Positions 51,528-64,000 of a DNA stretch of 64,000 nt are shown one piece after another. Under the pieces are notes generated by a model. The model had not been told where the DNA came from. It worked only from the letters and a program-made list of their open reading frames with translations, and made no database searches. A program made the translations under genes and the position numbers. Numbering within the stretch: the first letter of the stretch is position 1; the number at the start of each line of letters is the position of its first letter. Source of the stretch: Camelus ferus (Eukaryota); NCBI RefSeq assembly GCF_009834535.1, contig NC_045696.1, positions 26,042,001 through 26,106,000 on the forward strand. Direction: 5' to 3'.

Positions 51528-54500
51528 GTACATCTACCTCCACACATGGTATTTTGACTCCTTATATTGTCTTCATTGATAAAGACAAGATTACTCAGTT
51601 AACAAGTGGTGTTGACCAAAATGATTTTTCTTAAAAATTTGAATTGTGAGGCCAATGTAAAATGCAATTTTATTCAGCAAGTTCTTGACCTTTTTATACA
51701 AGGGAGAAAGTTTCACCTTAAAAGCAATTTTGTGTTTTATTGAAAGGTTTTAGGCTTATTGAAACTGTTGAAATAGTGGAACACATGTTTTCATAGTGTA
51801 CAAAGGTAATCTTTCTTAAAATATTTAACTGCCCCAAAGTATAAGTGAAAAAATAAAATCAAGAAACACTGACAAAACATAACATTTAAGGAGGCTATAA
51901 TTTTCAGTTTAAAAAATATTCATATAAGATTCAGACATACAACTTTGTCAATTTGTTTATATCTCTGTTTCCATTCAGGATAGTCAAGAAAAAAGATTTT
52001 TAAATAGATTATTTTTCTTTCATAAATGGATTTGTACAAGTTATTGAAAAATCTTTACTGTGATACATTTTGATGACTGAAATAGGATTTTGGTAAAATA
52101 ATTAGAACTTCGATTCCTTTCCAGCACTATTGGACAGATACTCCAGGACAGTCCATTTGTAAGGAAAGAACAAGTTAAAGATAATATATAACAGAGAGTT
52201 GAATTTTTGTGAGGACGGTTCTCTTCTCTTTTAGAATGGCACTCTAATTCTGCTGGAGCTAAAGTCTACACGTAGAGTTTGTATGTAGTGGGTTTGACTG
52301 ACAGATTGGGTTGAGTTAAGGTAGGGTATTGGGGTGGTCGAGGGAGAGGAAACAGGTTATACTTTCTTTTCAAGTCATTCAAATAACCTGATTGTTCTTT
52401 CCGCTGCCTTCTGTTGTCATTGACTGTCAAGTCAGTCAAAATAGTGAAACTAGTTTTTACATGTATGCAGAGGTTTAATTTATGAGCTCCACTACCTCAC
52501 TTGCAAACACAGACACAAGCAGATATTTCAGTCCACGTGTTGAAAACTATGCAAATGTTAATGGGTGTGCATGTGTGTTAGGAGAGAAACCAGACTGAAG
52601 TTAAATCTGACAATGTATTTTCCCAATATTTGACTTATTCTCTGACAGACTCAAATAAAAAATGGTAAAGTATACAACCAAAATGCTACTTTATAGATGC
52701 ATTCAACAATATTTTCTCTGTATTGATGGATTCAAGTTAGCAATAATTCTGAAATTTTATTGAGGATTTGCATTAGCTAGGAGAGCAGATGTAATTCACA
52801 CACTCATAAACACATACAGGTATATATTTTTTAATTTAAAAAATTTACTTACAAGATTGAAAATAAAATCTTAATAAAATCCAGACAGAAACACAGACCT
52901 GAAACAATAAAAAAGCTAATTATTTCGGATCTCTCGAAGATGTTACTCTGTTGAAATGCTTAATCCAGATTCAGTTTATGAAGCCAACAAACTAACTAGT
53001 AGGACACAAACTTTAACATAGTTGGACTACTTCTAGTTCTCATGCATTTTATCTATGTGGCTCAATATAAATTCAGTCTGCTAGGTTCATTTGGCATGCT
53101 TTGTTGATAAACTATCTGTGAAACCAATGAAATTACTCTGTAAGAAGCTGTTTTCACATTCAAGAACTGATTTTAATTTCTAAGCCTTCACCACCACAGT
53201 TTCTGTAATATACTTCTCTCAAATAACACATAATGGCACTGATGCACCTTTTGGTTATTGGGGGTTGGGTGGGTGTCTGTGATTCAGTACTCATCTAAAT
53301 TATGTAGCTGTGTACAGTTGGAGATTGTTTTCTATGCATTATCTAATTTGCTTTTCAGAAACATCCTCAGAGATAAGCATCATAAGTGTTATTAAAGCTA
53401 TTAAATAGGTACATGAACGAATAGCTCATGAGTAGCAGAACAGGCAGTGGAGTCCAGTGCTTGCTGTTATGTAGTGCACTGCCCTGCTTCCCTAGCACTG
53501 TGTATATATTAGGTGATTCCACCCCACTGGAATCAAGAGGTTATTATTTTTCCTAATAATTTGTAATCAGAATTCCCTCTGTGATAAAAGTTTGATCAGT
53601 TTTTTACTTCAGAGCTATTGTACAATAATTTAAAAAAAAAACATTTAACTTGGTTGTTTTAGGTTCAATGGTGAAAGTATATAATCGTTTATCTAAAAGT
53701 AAAAGTATTGCTTTACCTGATGAATAAAAAGCTTGAGCTTTATTGAGTGATTTACCCTGGTGTTGGGAAGTACATCTTTGGGCAGTGTCTGAGAACTCTA
53801 GGGTTGCTGCTTGAATCATCTGTGCTAGACTGCCTTTTGAAATCTAACAACAATGACAATAATAATATAAAATCAAGTTACTCCTCTACAAATGTAATGT
53901 TAACCTAGATTTCTTTGAGGCCAAAAATGAATGCAATAGCATCTGCCAAAGGCAGTTGGAAAAGAAAATTAAACGGATATTAATACTAGATTTGGATATA
54001 CGTGGCTGTATCAAATGGAGACCGATTTATTAGAGTACATTAATTTTGTATTAGTTTACTTTTCTGTTAGAATCCTTCAAGCAAATGTCTAAGTACTTAT
54101 CTGAAAGCTGGTTTCTTTTTCAAGTTTTCTTAAAGAACCAGAAGATTGGATGCCACATAAAATACAGAGAAACTACAGTTTCTCTAAAGCATAGGCCATT
54201 TTTAAATCAAGAAAAAAAAAACATTGAATATTGATGGTAAAGAATATTTCAAATAATAATTTTGGTTTTCCTTAAAGTTAAACTTTTTAAAAATGCAAAA
54301 TTATTCTTTTTTATCTTTTTGATAAAAATAATTGATTTAGGCACATCTTTAGGTTCTCTAGAGTTTGAAATAATATTTTATTTTAAACTTGTTTGTAAAA
54401 TATCTACTGAACATGAAATTTAATATTCAGTTAATAAAAGAAAATAATTTGTGAGATTAAACATGTGATTGCAAGGTTTGGTAAAAAATACTACTTTACT

Positions 54501-54789
54501 TAAAATTGTGAGTTGCTTTCCCACTAGTTAGGAATCATCCTGACAAGTAGGATCACATAACTTTTTCATGGTATGGGCCTTAGGGTGAAGCAAAGCCTTA
54601 TATTAAAAGGGGGAAAGAAAAGAAATGCTGGGACTTATTTACCTGATGCTCTAATGCTGTGCCCTATTGTTTGAGTTCTTAAAATCTCACCTCTTACTTT
54701 ACAAAGAAGATAGAGTTGGCTGTGCTAGAATCTTTTATCTGTTTTTACCTGTAAATTCTTAATATGCTATCTTAACTTTTTCTTTGTCC

Positions 54790-55600
54790 TTACAGTTTCC
54801 AGGATAAACTTGCTCACTCTTTTCCAATCTGAAGTCCTGAACTGGTGTTCTATTTCTCATCCCGTCACCCTTCTCTGCAGTGTAATTTTGTCCCTTATGA
54901 CTGTCTCATAGGTCTATCTGTTTTCTCTCCACTGATTCTTTTTCCTCACTATCTCTTTTACACACTTTATGGAAATAGGCTTTCCCAGTCTTCTGTTTAA
55001 CTTTCTAGAGTCTAGTCTCTGTCCTCATGGCTCTGCTGAAATTATTCTCTCCGAAGTCTTTCAGTGCTTTACCCAGTTCTTGGTCTCTGTAGCTTTCAAA
55101 TTACTGATCATTTGATCCACCTTGAATATTTATCTTTCTTTGAATTCAGTAATGTTATACTCTCTTGGTTACCTTTCTGTCTTCAAGCCTTGCCGTGTTG
55201 TTCCTGCTTTCCCAAATCCATTGATTTTTCTTTCGGTGTATTGCATTGCACCGTGAGTCAAACAATGTTAGTGCAAATGTGTTTACAAAATGACTAAGAA
55301 AGAAAATATCCCAGCTATTGTGGAGCTGCATGCTGTGGAAAGAGAGAGAAAATAAATTAGGAAACATGTAAGTAATACAATTTTAAATAGTTGTTAAATC
55401 TTATGGAAAAAATAATAAAGCAATGGATCAGGAAGAGCTATTTACCTGGCATGGTCAGGAATTCCTTTCTTAGTGGGTAACATTTGAACTAAGATTGAAA
55501 GAGAGGCTGTCCTACAAAGGCCAGAGTAAGAGGAATCCTGAGAGAGGAAAGAGCCAGTGGAAAGCCCAGAGCCAAGAATGATGAATAAGAATGGTTTCTG
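54790..55600. mobile_element. L2 fragments (sense ~54790-55230, antisense ~55240-55600)
   Basis: ctctgctgaaattattctctccgaagtc...atactctcttggtt (sense L2 body), followed by purine-rich antisense L2-like sequence. Confidence 0.55.
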
Positions 55601-58600
55601 AATTATGTTGGTGAGTTGGTTTGGTCTGTGACCCCCTTTCCTGTCAACTCGTGCAATGCTCAGAAATTCTGGTAATTTGAACTGTCTCATGATTTTCAAA
55701 GTGCTTCTAGGTTTATGCTACAATAATACACAATTTTCAAGTTGTGTATTATTTTCTTTAATTTAAACAATAACTTACCAGCACTGGTTGTATCTGACAG
55801 ATATTTTACACCTTCTAAAACCAAGTCATTGTGTTTGAGGCTAGTGCTTGTAATATAATAAATCAACCAAATATAAAGAAGTATATTACTTATGTGGAGA
55901 AACTAAAGGGAAAAAAACTGTACAACAGATCATGTAATAGTTTTTGCCTATCTTCACGGTCAGTTTTTATCTCTGCATAGTTAACTTGATTGTTGCCTCA
56001 TCAATTTATATGTCTGAAAATTTCAACTTAATAATACTATGAATAGTTCAGTGAAACCAATGAGGTGAAGCTTCTTTGTGTTATATTTGGTTTACATAAT
56101 GTGAAAAAATAATCTTAGCTTTTTGTTTGTTTGTTTGTTTTAAGCAGTTCTCTTGGTTGTAGATAATGAATCTGAAGCAGTTATGTGTCAGTAAAGGCAG
56201 TGTGATTTACAGGAGTACACTGTTAGGCCCTGGTGTCAAAGAACAAAGATGACATCTGCTTTGTAGGCCTTCTGTGTTACAGGGGGAGAGAAACCCTGCC
56301 CGTCATTATATGCAAAAGGACATCATCCAGTGCATGGAATTCCCTTGTTAGGGTTTAGAATTTAATGGGGATTTAACTGCATTTCAAGTTTTAATATAGT
56401 ACTGGTATAATACTTTTGTATCACTATCCCATATTAAGTGTATATACATGTCACTATGTAAAATATTTCAAAATTGTAACCAAAGCTTGAAATGTTTATA
56501 TAGATTTTTGTATTTTAATATTATTTTTGTATGTTTTAAGTTAATATTATATATAATCATATGTTTATAATAATTTAGAAAAGAAAATGTGAGCAATTAG
56601 CTCTTATTGTTTAGCTTAAGTCTTTTCTCTCAAGAAAAGCAATACTTAAGTGAAACTACAATTCATTTGCTTTTAACGTCTATATATAAGACAAGGTATA
56701 TGTCAGTGAATCCTCTTAGTATATGAATACATGTATAAGTAAATATTTGCACAGTTTAAAAATATACATACTATATTTGTGTTTTTGTTTAAAAAATAAT
56801 AAAAACAACCTTGGGATTTTTAAATATTTCTGAAGAAAGTCCTTGTGTTTTATAGCCAAATTAGTTCTGAGTTTGGTATTTGCTCCTTACAGCCTAGCTA
56901 GAGAGAGGACCATTAGCTTTCCTGGGGCTTTGGAACTTTGGGGATTTCCCTTTGGAAATTAAATATTTAATTTAATATTGCTTTGTCTGAGCTGGCTTTG
57001 AGCAGGATCCTTCCTTCATTCCGGGGCAATGTCAAAATTCGTAGAAGAGCAACAACTCACATTGTCTGCTGAAATCAAACCCGACTCCTCTCCCCTCCCT
57101 TCTCCCACTTCTGCCCTTGAGACTGTGACATCATTACCATCTCAGAACCCCTAGGGTTGTTGTCCATGTTAAAATGAAGTGAGATTAGGGTTCTAGGAGA
57201 GTGCAGACAAATATTTGAGTACTAATCATGCCTGGATGTCTGTTATTACTTATCAGGCAATGAAATTATTTTGGCTTCAAGAATTATACTGCAATCATTT
57301 AATGTGAATGTAGACAAAGAAGAATACAATTAGGTGAATCACAGAGACAATATGCTCTTTGAAATGAAAGATGCCTCCATTTAAAGGTTATCTGGCGTAT
57401 GAAAGGGACTTTTTTCCCCCAAGGAGAGAAGGGAGCTACTTAAAAGGAGTAAGACATTTATTAATATTTTTCAATCAAATATTGCAATCTCTTTATCCTT
57501 TTTCCTTTTGTTATTTTCATGTTGACCTGTGTAAGTGCTTTGTCCATGTAACACTCATTCTTTCTGGGAGTCATCAGATGGGATGACTTTATTGAAAAAG
57601 AAACAGAATTAAAAATTCAATGACAGACGTTCAAATAGTGTCTGTTTAGAGCTTATCTTCTCAATGTCAGGGCTTTCTGGTTATTGGTTGGGGACTTTTG
57701 GAATTGGTTCCTTGATGCTTAGGTGGATGATATCAGCATCAAGGGAAGAAGTCGCCTTACTTTACTCCTGGGAGTTTCTGGTGATTGCTGGTATTTAAGC
57801 ATTGTGGATATATTTTTTTCACTGTTAACATTCAAAAAGTGATGTGTTTTTGTTATTGAAGTATTTAAATTAAAAAAGACAGAATAGCTCAGTTAGACAA
57901 ATTTGAAGAGGTTGTTACTGTGTCTTCTCCCAAAAGATGACCAATGGGAAAAAAATGACTTTGTATCATATTTGTGTATATTTTATAATCTATTATGGTA
58001 AATAATATTTAAATAAGCTTCATTACAATATACAACACATTTGGGTGAAAAATATCATGCATGAAGTGCTGACTAAATATGAAATCAAAATAGTGTAAAT
58101 ACTAATTTTTCAATTCTAAAACTGAAGAAATGTTACATGAGCTGAAAGTCCTATCAAGCTTTATAGCCTTATATGTTCAATAATATTAGAGAGCAAGACA
58201 TTAATGATGTGAAAATTTACCTAAATATAAAATACTAACTTGAACCAATGACACATATTCTTTTTTAATGCAGTATCAAAAATTGTGATGTTATATGTTA
58301 GCAAAAGAATCAATTCAATTATCTTTAGGCAGAAAATATCAGAGATTTAAGAAAATTTATTTTTAAATATTTCTATCATACTTTCTACCATAAGTTCAAT
58401 GTGATTCAGAAGCATTCATTTAGATGATTTAACTTATTTCTGCTACAATAATCTGGTATGAGCATTTGATGCCTTTTTGAACCCACCTGCCCCTAAAAAC
58501 AAAGTTCTTATCACTATTATTACTTTCTATTTTGCCAGGTTTATTGAGACTAGTTACAGCTTTAAAATTTCTTAATTGTTTTCTTCTAAAATTAAAATGA

Positions 58601-59889
58601 ATTTGAATTAAAAAACATTTTGTTGAAGAACAGTTACTGTATTTCTAAATATTTGCTTTTAATTCTAACTTCAGCCATATTTACTATTCTATTTTCTTTT
58701 ATAGAGCTATTTTTCATTTAGTAGACTAAAGCTACTTTTCTATTGCTCATTATGATTGTACCACTTTTTTCAAAGAAAACTTGTTTACCTTTGGACCTTT
58801 TTAAGCAAACAGGCTACTTTGGTTGTCAACAAGTATTTTCTGCCAATGTATATTCAGTGACCACCATGTACAATGCAGGGTTATCCTAGTGACATAAGCC
58901 TTTACACAGGAATACTTTTGTTTTCTTTCTACCTGCAGATAGAGGCAGTAGCTCATATTCTGAAAAGTTCCATAATTTTCCTAGCATCTCCTCAAATGTA
59001 TTGGTTTTTAATTAAAATTTTATATATCTCTACTAATTTTAGGAAATGTTGATATTTCTACTGATAATGGGCTACTAATCTCCACTCAGCTAGAACAGGG
59101 AAAATGAGAGCTGAACGACTATTTGGGGAAACTATATAACATAACTTTACACAGCAGCCAAGGCCTCACATGAAATTGTAAACAAACACCACCAAAAATG
59201 AACACCAGGCTGCAGTAATTTTAAATTTCAGTTACAACTCTATTCACAAATTTTCTTCAGTTTTTCTTTTTGTCTGGTGACTAGCTGAGAAGTCAGGGAT
59301 GATTGGCAGCTGTAACAATTCACGTGAAAATATTTCACAAAATCCATGTAAGCATCTCTTGATAAACTGTTTTGATGAGTAAATAAAATACTTCTATTTT
59401 TATACAGAAATCTCTCTACTTTGTGCGTATTTGATGACTGGTGCATCAGCTGGCATTTTGTTGACAGATCTGTGCACCAAATCTTTTACTGGTTGTCGGA
59501 GATCGTAACGGTAAAATATCAAAGACTGGATGAGATGAAGTATTTTAAAAGTTCTATATACTTATATGTCAGATTTTAGCTGTGTAACACCCTTTAAATC
59601 TGATGATATAGAAGCACTTGTGAAAATTACACTTTTTTTTGAATGGTATTAACAGAATAATGTTCTCATCTATTTCTAGTTTTGACTCAAACTATAAAGT
59701 ACACAAATCAAAAAGTAAAATAATTGTAGTAAGAAAATAGGCAAATGCTGTTTTTTATTTTCTTGTCTCCTTCAAATTCAGTTTGTGCTACTTAATGATA
59801 ATGCTATTTTTCAATACCACTTTACATTTAAATGCCTTTCTATAGTTCATTTATCTGAAAGGAATGGTACTAATAAATAAAAACAATAA

Positions 59890-60060
59890 TTATTATCCAT
59901 TTGATGTTCCTAAGAATAGAGGTAAGTTATTACAGATAGAGAAAATTGGGGTATAGATAAGTTAAGTCAGGTGGCAGGCTTACACAGGAAATAAATAGTA
60001 GCTAAGCCAGTATAAAAACATCAATCTTCTGACCTCTAATTCAGGGCTTTCCACAACTGT
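59890..60060 (-). mobile_element. MIR
   Basis: ttacagatagagaaaattggggtatagataagttaagt. Confidence 0.65.
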
Positions 60061-61681
60061 AGTATGATTAATCAATACCAGGAAGCAAACTAAGTATCAA
60101 GAAAAGATCGTCCATTTGTATCAGTCTTTCCTTTATGTGGTTGGAATCTAAAATACCAAGTGCATAAGGAAGCAAAAGTCAGGAGCTTTGCCTATTACAG
60201 TGACTTTTGAACATTCTTTTCTTTATTATTATCAGTGGATTTGATAATGAACAGACACTTACCAAGCCCAAATCTGTGAACTACTTTGTAGATGTTTTGC
60301 TAACATATGGAAAATAAGCTCTTTCTTTTAATGACTTATTTTGATTTTCTTTTTTTATACTAAGAGAGCACTCAGATATGTGCTGAAATATGTATTGCCT
60401 TATGGATTGCAGTTGGCAGGGGTTGTTAGTGTTAAAGATTCACACATTTCAAGTGAGATTGGATACATTTATATTTGTGTCAGGAGAAGAAATAATAGAA
60501 TCTGAGGATTTAAAGTGTAACCAAAAGGCAAAATATGGCATTTGGCTGAAGAGATAGCAGTATACCTCCCTGTCCAGGCTCCTTTTCTCTAAGGCTTAGT
60601 TTTCTAACCAAAGTTTTGGCAAACAAAAATTATTATTATTATTATTTTTAGTGGAATACATTCTTCTTTAACATCTTTGAAACGATAATTATATAGACAG
60701 TTATAGCAATTTAAATCTAAGGTATAGGGAGGCATTTAGTGGAAAAGCAGGCACTCCTTCCATGCTCTTGTTATACAGAATATTCTCTTTTGAAGTTTAC
60801 TGAGATAATTTGTCCAGTGTGTCAGAATTTCCATTGCATCCAGCTCCGCTATAGACATGACATTGTAACAACAGTGACATGACTTGTTTACCAGAAGGTG
60901 GTATAAACAGCAAATGTTCTTTCTAAAGACAGCTTTCTTGTTGAACTTCAACAGAAAAGGGAGAAGAAATATAGGAAGGAGGAACGAGAGATAATCTTTA
61001 ACATATACAGTCACATCTAAGTCAGAGGAGAGAGTGGTTGATAGTGTCTTTATGTGTTTGCTTTTGGAAAAAAAAAAGATCAATATACTGCCTTCTTTTT
61101 ATATGTAAGGAAGGAACTTTAAATTGTATACGGTCCTCAGTGTAGAAGGTTATATATGGCCTATTATGACGTGCCTTAATATTTCAAGGTATGACCTGGT
61201 GTGAAATTAATTAAATGGAAGAAATGAAACAAGGAAAGACAGAGGAAGATACAGAGATAGGGTAAAAGATAAAGGGAGAATTAGAACCCTAATGCATGTT
61301 CCAACCTGTCTTAGTCTGCTTTGTGACCTAGGGTGTTTCAACAGAAGCTCTCTGAAGGAATTTTAGTGATAGTAAAGTCCCTCCCTTCTTTATGATCTTG
61401 TGTTAACCTTATTTGTTTTCCCAGAAATAATAATGGTTTGGATAACAATCATGAAACCACAATTTCAGATTATACTTGATCATATTGCAAAATATTAATT
61501 TGCTTCTTGCATGATGAATAATACTTAGTATTGCAAAATATCAGTTTGCTTTTTTGCAGAAGAAATAGAATGAAGTAAAAATAAAATAAGCTAAATTTTG
61601 TCCCTTTGAATTATCATTTGGATTGTGATTGCTAACTATATCCTGACACTGATTAAAGACCTACATGATTATTATTCCTAG

Positions 61682-61803
61682 GACCAGGAAACTCTTAGAA
61701 GTATCTGTGAGAACACACTGGTCTGCCAGAGCTCCCTGGATCTGGACATGGAAGATGATGGGTCACTTCCTTAGACATTAGCTCCTAAGAGAAAACCACC
61801 TAG
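61682..61803 (+). other. Candidate 122-nt cassette exon
   Basis: Acceptor ttattattcctag| and donor tag|gtaaaa, GC-richer than flanks. Phase 0 reads DQETLRSICENTLVCQSSLDLDMEDDGSLP*. Confidence 0.35.
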
Positions 61804-61914
61804 GTAAAACTGGGTGAATATTCTGGATATAGTGTCATAGATTTGCTAATCCCATCTCTTCAGATGCCTTGGTATATGCATGCATTTGTGCTTTATGAAA
61901 TTGTGGAGTCCTTG

Positions 61915-62110
61915 AAGGTGCATAGTACATGGTTTTTGTCTTTAACATACTTGAGCTTGAACCCCAGTACTGTCACTTCTTGGCAGGCAGGTAGCCTTGC
62001 ACAAGTGATTTAAACTCTGAATTTCTGACTTCTGATCTGTAACACTGGGCTAGTATTGCCTCCTTTATAGGAATGTTCAAATATTAAAGATTGCATTAAA
62101 AGTACTTTAG
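61915..62110 (+). mobile_element. MIR
   Basis: ttgaaccccagtactgtcactt...ccttgcacaagtgatttaaactctgaatttctgacttctgatctgtaa. Confidence 0.75.
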
Positions 62111-62409
62111 ATATTATTAATCCCAACGCAAATGCCAGTTGTCATTTTTACATGGTGTGAGTCCTAGAGGTGTCCCTAGAATTCTCCTCGAAGCCTGGTC
62201 CCTTCACTCCAGCCGAAAACTCCTTGAAGATAAGGACCACATTCAGAAATTCTGTTGTGTTTTTCTTAGTACAGAATATATACTAGGACTTCAAAATTGG
62301 ATTGCTTCTTGGGATTAAGTGTACAAATTCCTTGGACTGATGGTAGTAAAACAATGAAAAACCAATAGTGATTGTATCATTATGATGTGTAAAATTGGTC
62401 AGTTTTTTC

Positions 62410-62810
62410 TTTTTAACATTTATTGAATCCCTGATATGTACAATGCCTCAAGCTAGATGCTGTAGGTTATGTAAGGCTATACGGGGGCTCCTACTAGAAG
62501 AAATACATGTTTCTAGTGGAGGTATTTTATTAACACATGAGACAGAATAAATAAATGAATTAAGTGCTAAATAGATGAACAAGACATGTTATAAGAAATC
62601 AGCAGGAGGAATGATTCCTTACGATAGTATAGGGGAAGAGTCTGGATGTCAGGAAAAGATGGTAAAATCCAACTGTTGGACCTAAGTAGGATTGTAATAG
62701 TTTGAGAGACAAAAATACAGATAGGAAAATGTACAGCATGCACAAAGGCAGGGATCCATAAATATCATAGGGTTTATCTAAGGAAATGTTAGTAGATGTA
62801 TGGGGGATGC
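62410..62810 (-). mobile_element. L2 3' fragment
   Basis: aacatttattgaatccctgatatgtacaatgcctcaagctagatgctg is an antisense L2 terminus. Confidence 0.65.
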
Positions 62811-64000
62811 TAAAATATAAAGAGGAGAAATCTTCCATGAATATTTTTTTCTTAGTCTATTTCCGGATATTGATGGAGATATTTTGGGAGATTCCACCTT
62901 AAGTACATGTGAACAAATGAATAGCTAATTTTTATAAAAAATGAAAGATCTTTGGACTAATTTTACTTAGTTTATGGTAACAAATATTGTATTTCCATTT
63001 TGATTTAAAATGATGAGGATGGTGGCTAAAAATAAAATGAACCAAGTTTTATGCATGTTGCATTTTAACAAGTTGGAAGTCTCATTGGAATGCACTGCCT
63101 TCTTGCTCCACATTTATTTTTGGAATTTAATAAGGCGCCTGTCACATCTGCCTCAAGGCTAAAAAACATCATGGGGGAGAAATCCAAAGTACTGTCATGT
63201 TTGAGTGACATGGAGCCAATTTTATTTTATTTCCTTTTCATGAGGGTGGGGAGATAGTGGCTGAAATTAGCCAACCTGACTTCTGAAAAGGCATCACTAT
63301 ACCATCTGTTCTAAAGGCCTTGTGCTGGGGTTAACTGGTAATGACATTGCCCAGTGACATTTGTCAGGTGGATTTGACTCAGAAAACCAGTAGAGGATTT
63401 TCATTAAAAAAATAATTCCTGCATAGCTTATTCTCATGATAGATTCTAGTGGAGTACCACATGTCTCCAGAAGTGGGTCTCATTACCTGAGAAACTTGGG
63501 AAGGTAGTAACTTCTTTATTTCTTCTTTGTGCTCCCAGAGCACATAATTAATATACTGACTCATTTAGCTCAACTCTCCAGTAGGATGAGGCTGTGTGAA
63601 TACAATGGAGACTTCAGAGAAACTGTGGCAAACAAGTATGGTTTCTGATTCTCATCCAAGGTGATGGAAAAACTCTGCCATTTACTGCTTCTTTCTTTCA
63701 AGTTGATGTTTAGTACAATGTGACTTTTTAAAATAGAATCATAATATGTTAGGATTTAAATGGAACCATAAAACTTTAAAGAATTTTAAGTAAGACCAGA
63801 TATCACAGAAAGATCTTGCTATTGCTGAATTATTTATAAAATTGGAAATCATAGCTGAAGGATCTGTCTGAGGCATAAAAATAAATTATGTACCATTATA
63901 TGAGTATGCTGTCGTAATTACTGGAATAAGCACTGCTAATGTTTTGCTAATTAAATCTGAGTTAAAGTCCATTTTTTTCAGTAGTTACCATAGGGAAGTA

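Larger units (their letters stand above)
1..64000 (+). other. ELP4: Large intron of a + strand gene, hypothesised ELP4 intron 9 (PAX6 downstream regulatory region)
   Basis: No constitutive coding exons recognised. The TSD-flanked L1s are all on the minus strand and the + strand looks T-rich, consistent with a + strand host. The ELP4 call rests only on the SIMO-like motif layout near 5800-6050 and the density of enhancer-like blocks, from memory and not aligned. Confidence 0.5.

Noticed and set aside
60736..61083. 115-aa minus-strand ORF
   Set aside because: Non-ATG start, no recognisable domain and no convincing splice context.
6490..63564. Remaining 60-125 aa ORFs in the track
   Set aside because: Low-complexity F/L/I/S-rich translations, many inside L2, MIR, LTR or microsatellite sequence, as expected by chance in AT-rich DNA.

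Overview
AT-rich mammalian non-coding DNA, most likely camelid, based on a Vic-1-type tRNA-derived SINE at 3157-3301. There are no prokaryotic genes, CRISPR arrays or RNA genes. The only convincing long ORF is a 5'-truncated but uninterrupted LINE-1 ORF2 (832-3150, minus strand). It sits in a nested L2/SINE/L1 insertion that left three copies of one target-site 15-mer, and its start codons come from the target-site duplication. The rest looks like one large intron of a + strand gene, with old repeats (L2, MIR, MLT1, MER5, MER34-like, old L1), many repeat-free enhancer-like blocks and a few isolated + strand candidate exons with in-frame stops. The block at ~5750-6060 has a Sox site, a PAX6-paired-like site and five TGACA (Meis) sites. 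This fits what I remember of the PAX6 SIMO lens enhancer in ELP4 intron 9, so my working hypothesis, not confirmed by alignment, is the PAX6 downstream regulatory region inside ELP4 intron 9. I see no evidence for a wholly new biological system. The best leads are the candidate alternative exons, the enhancer-like blocks and the young L1 next to the putative enhancer. Repeat family names and boundaries are by eye and approximate.
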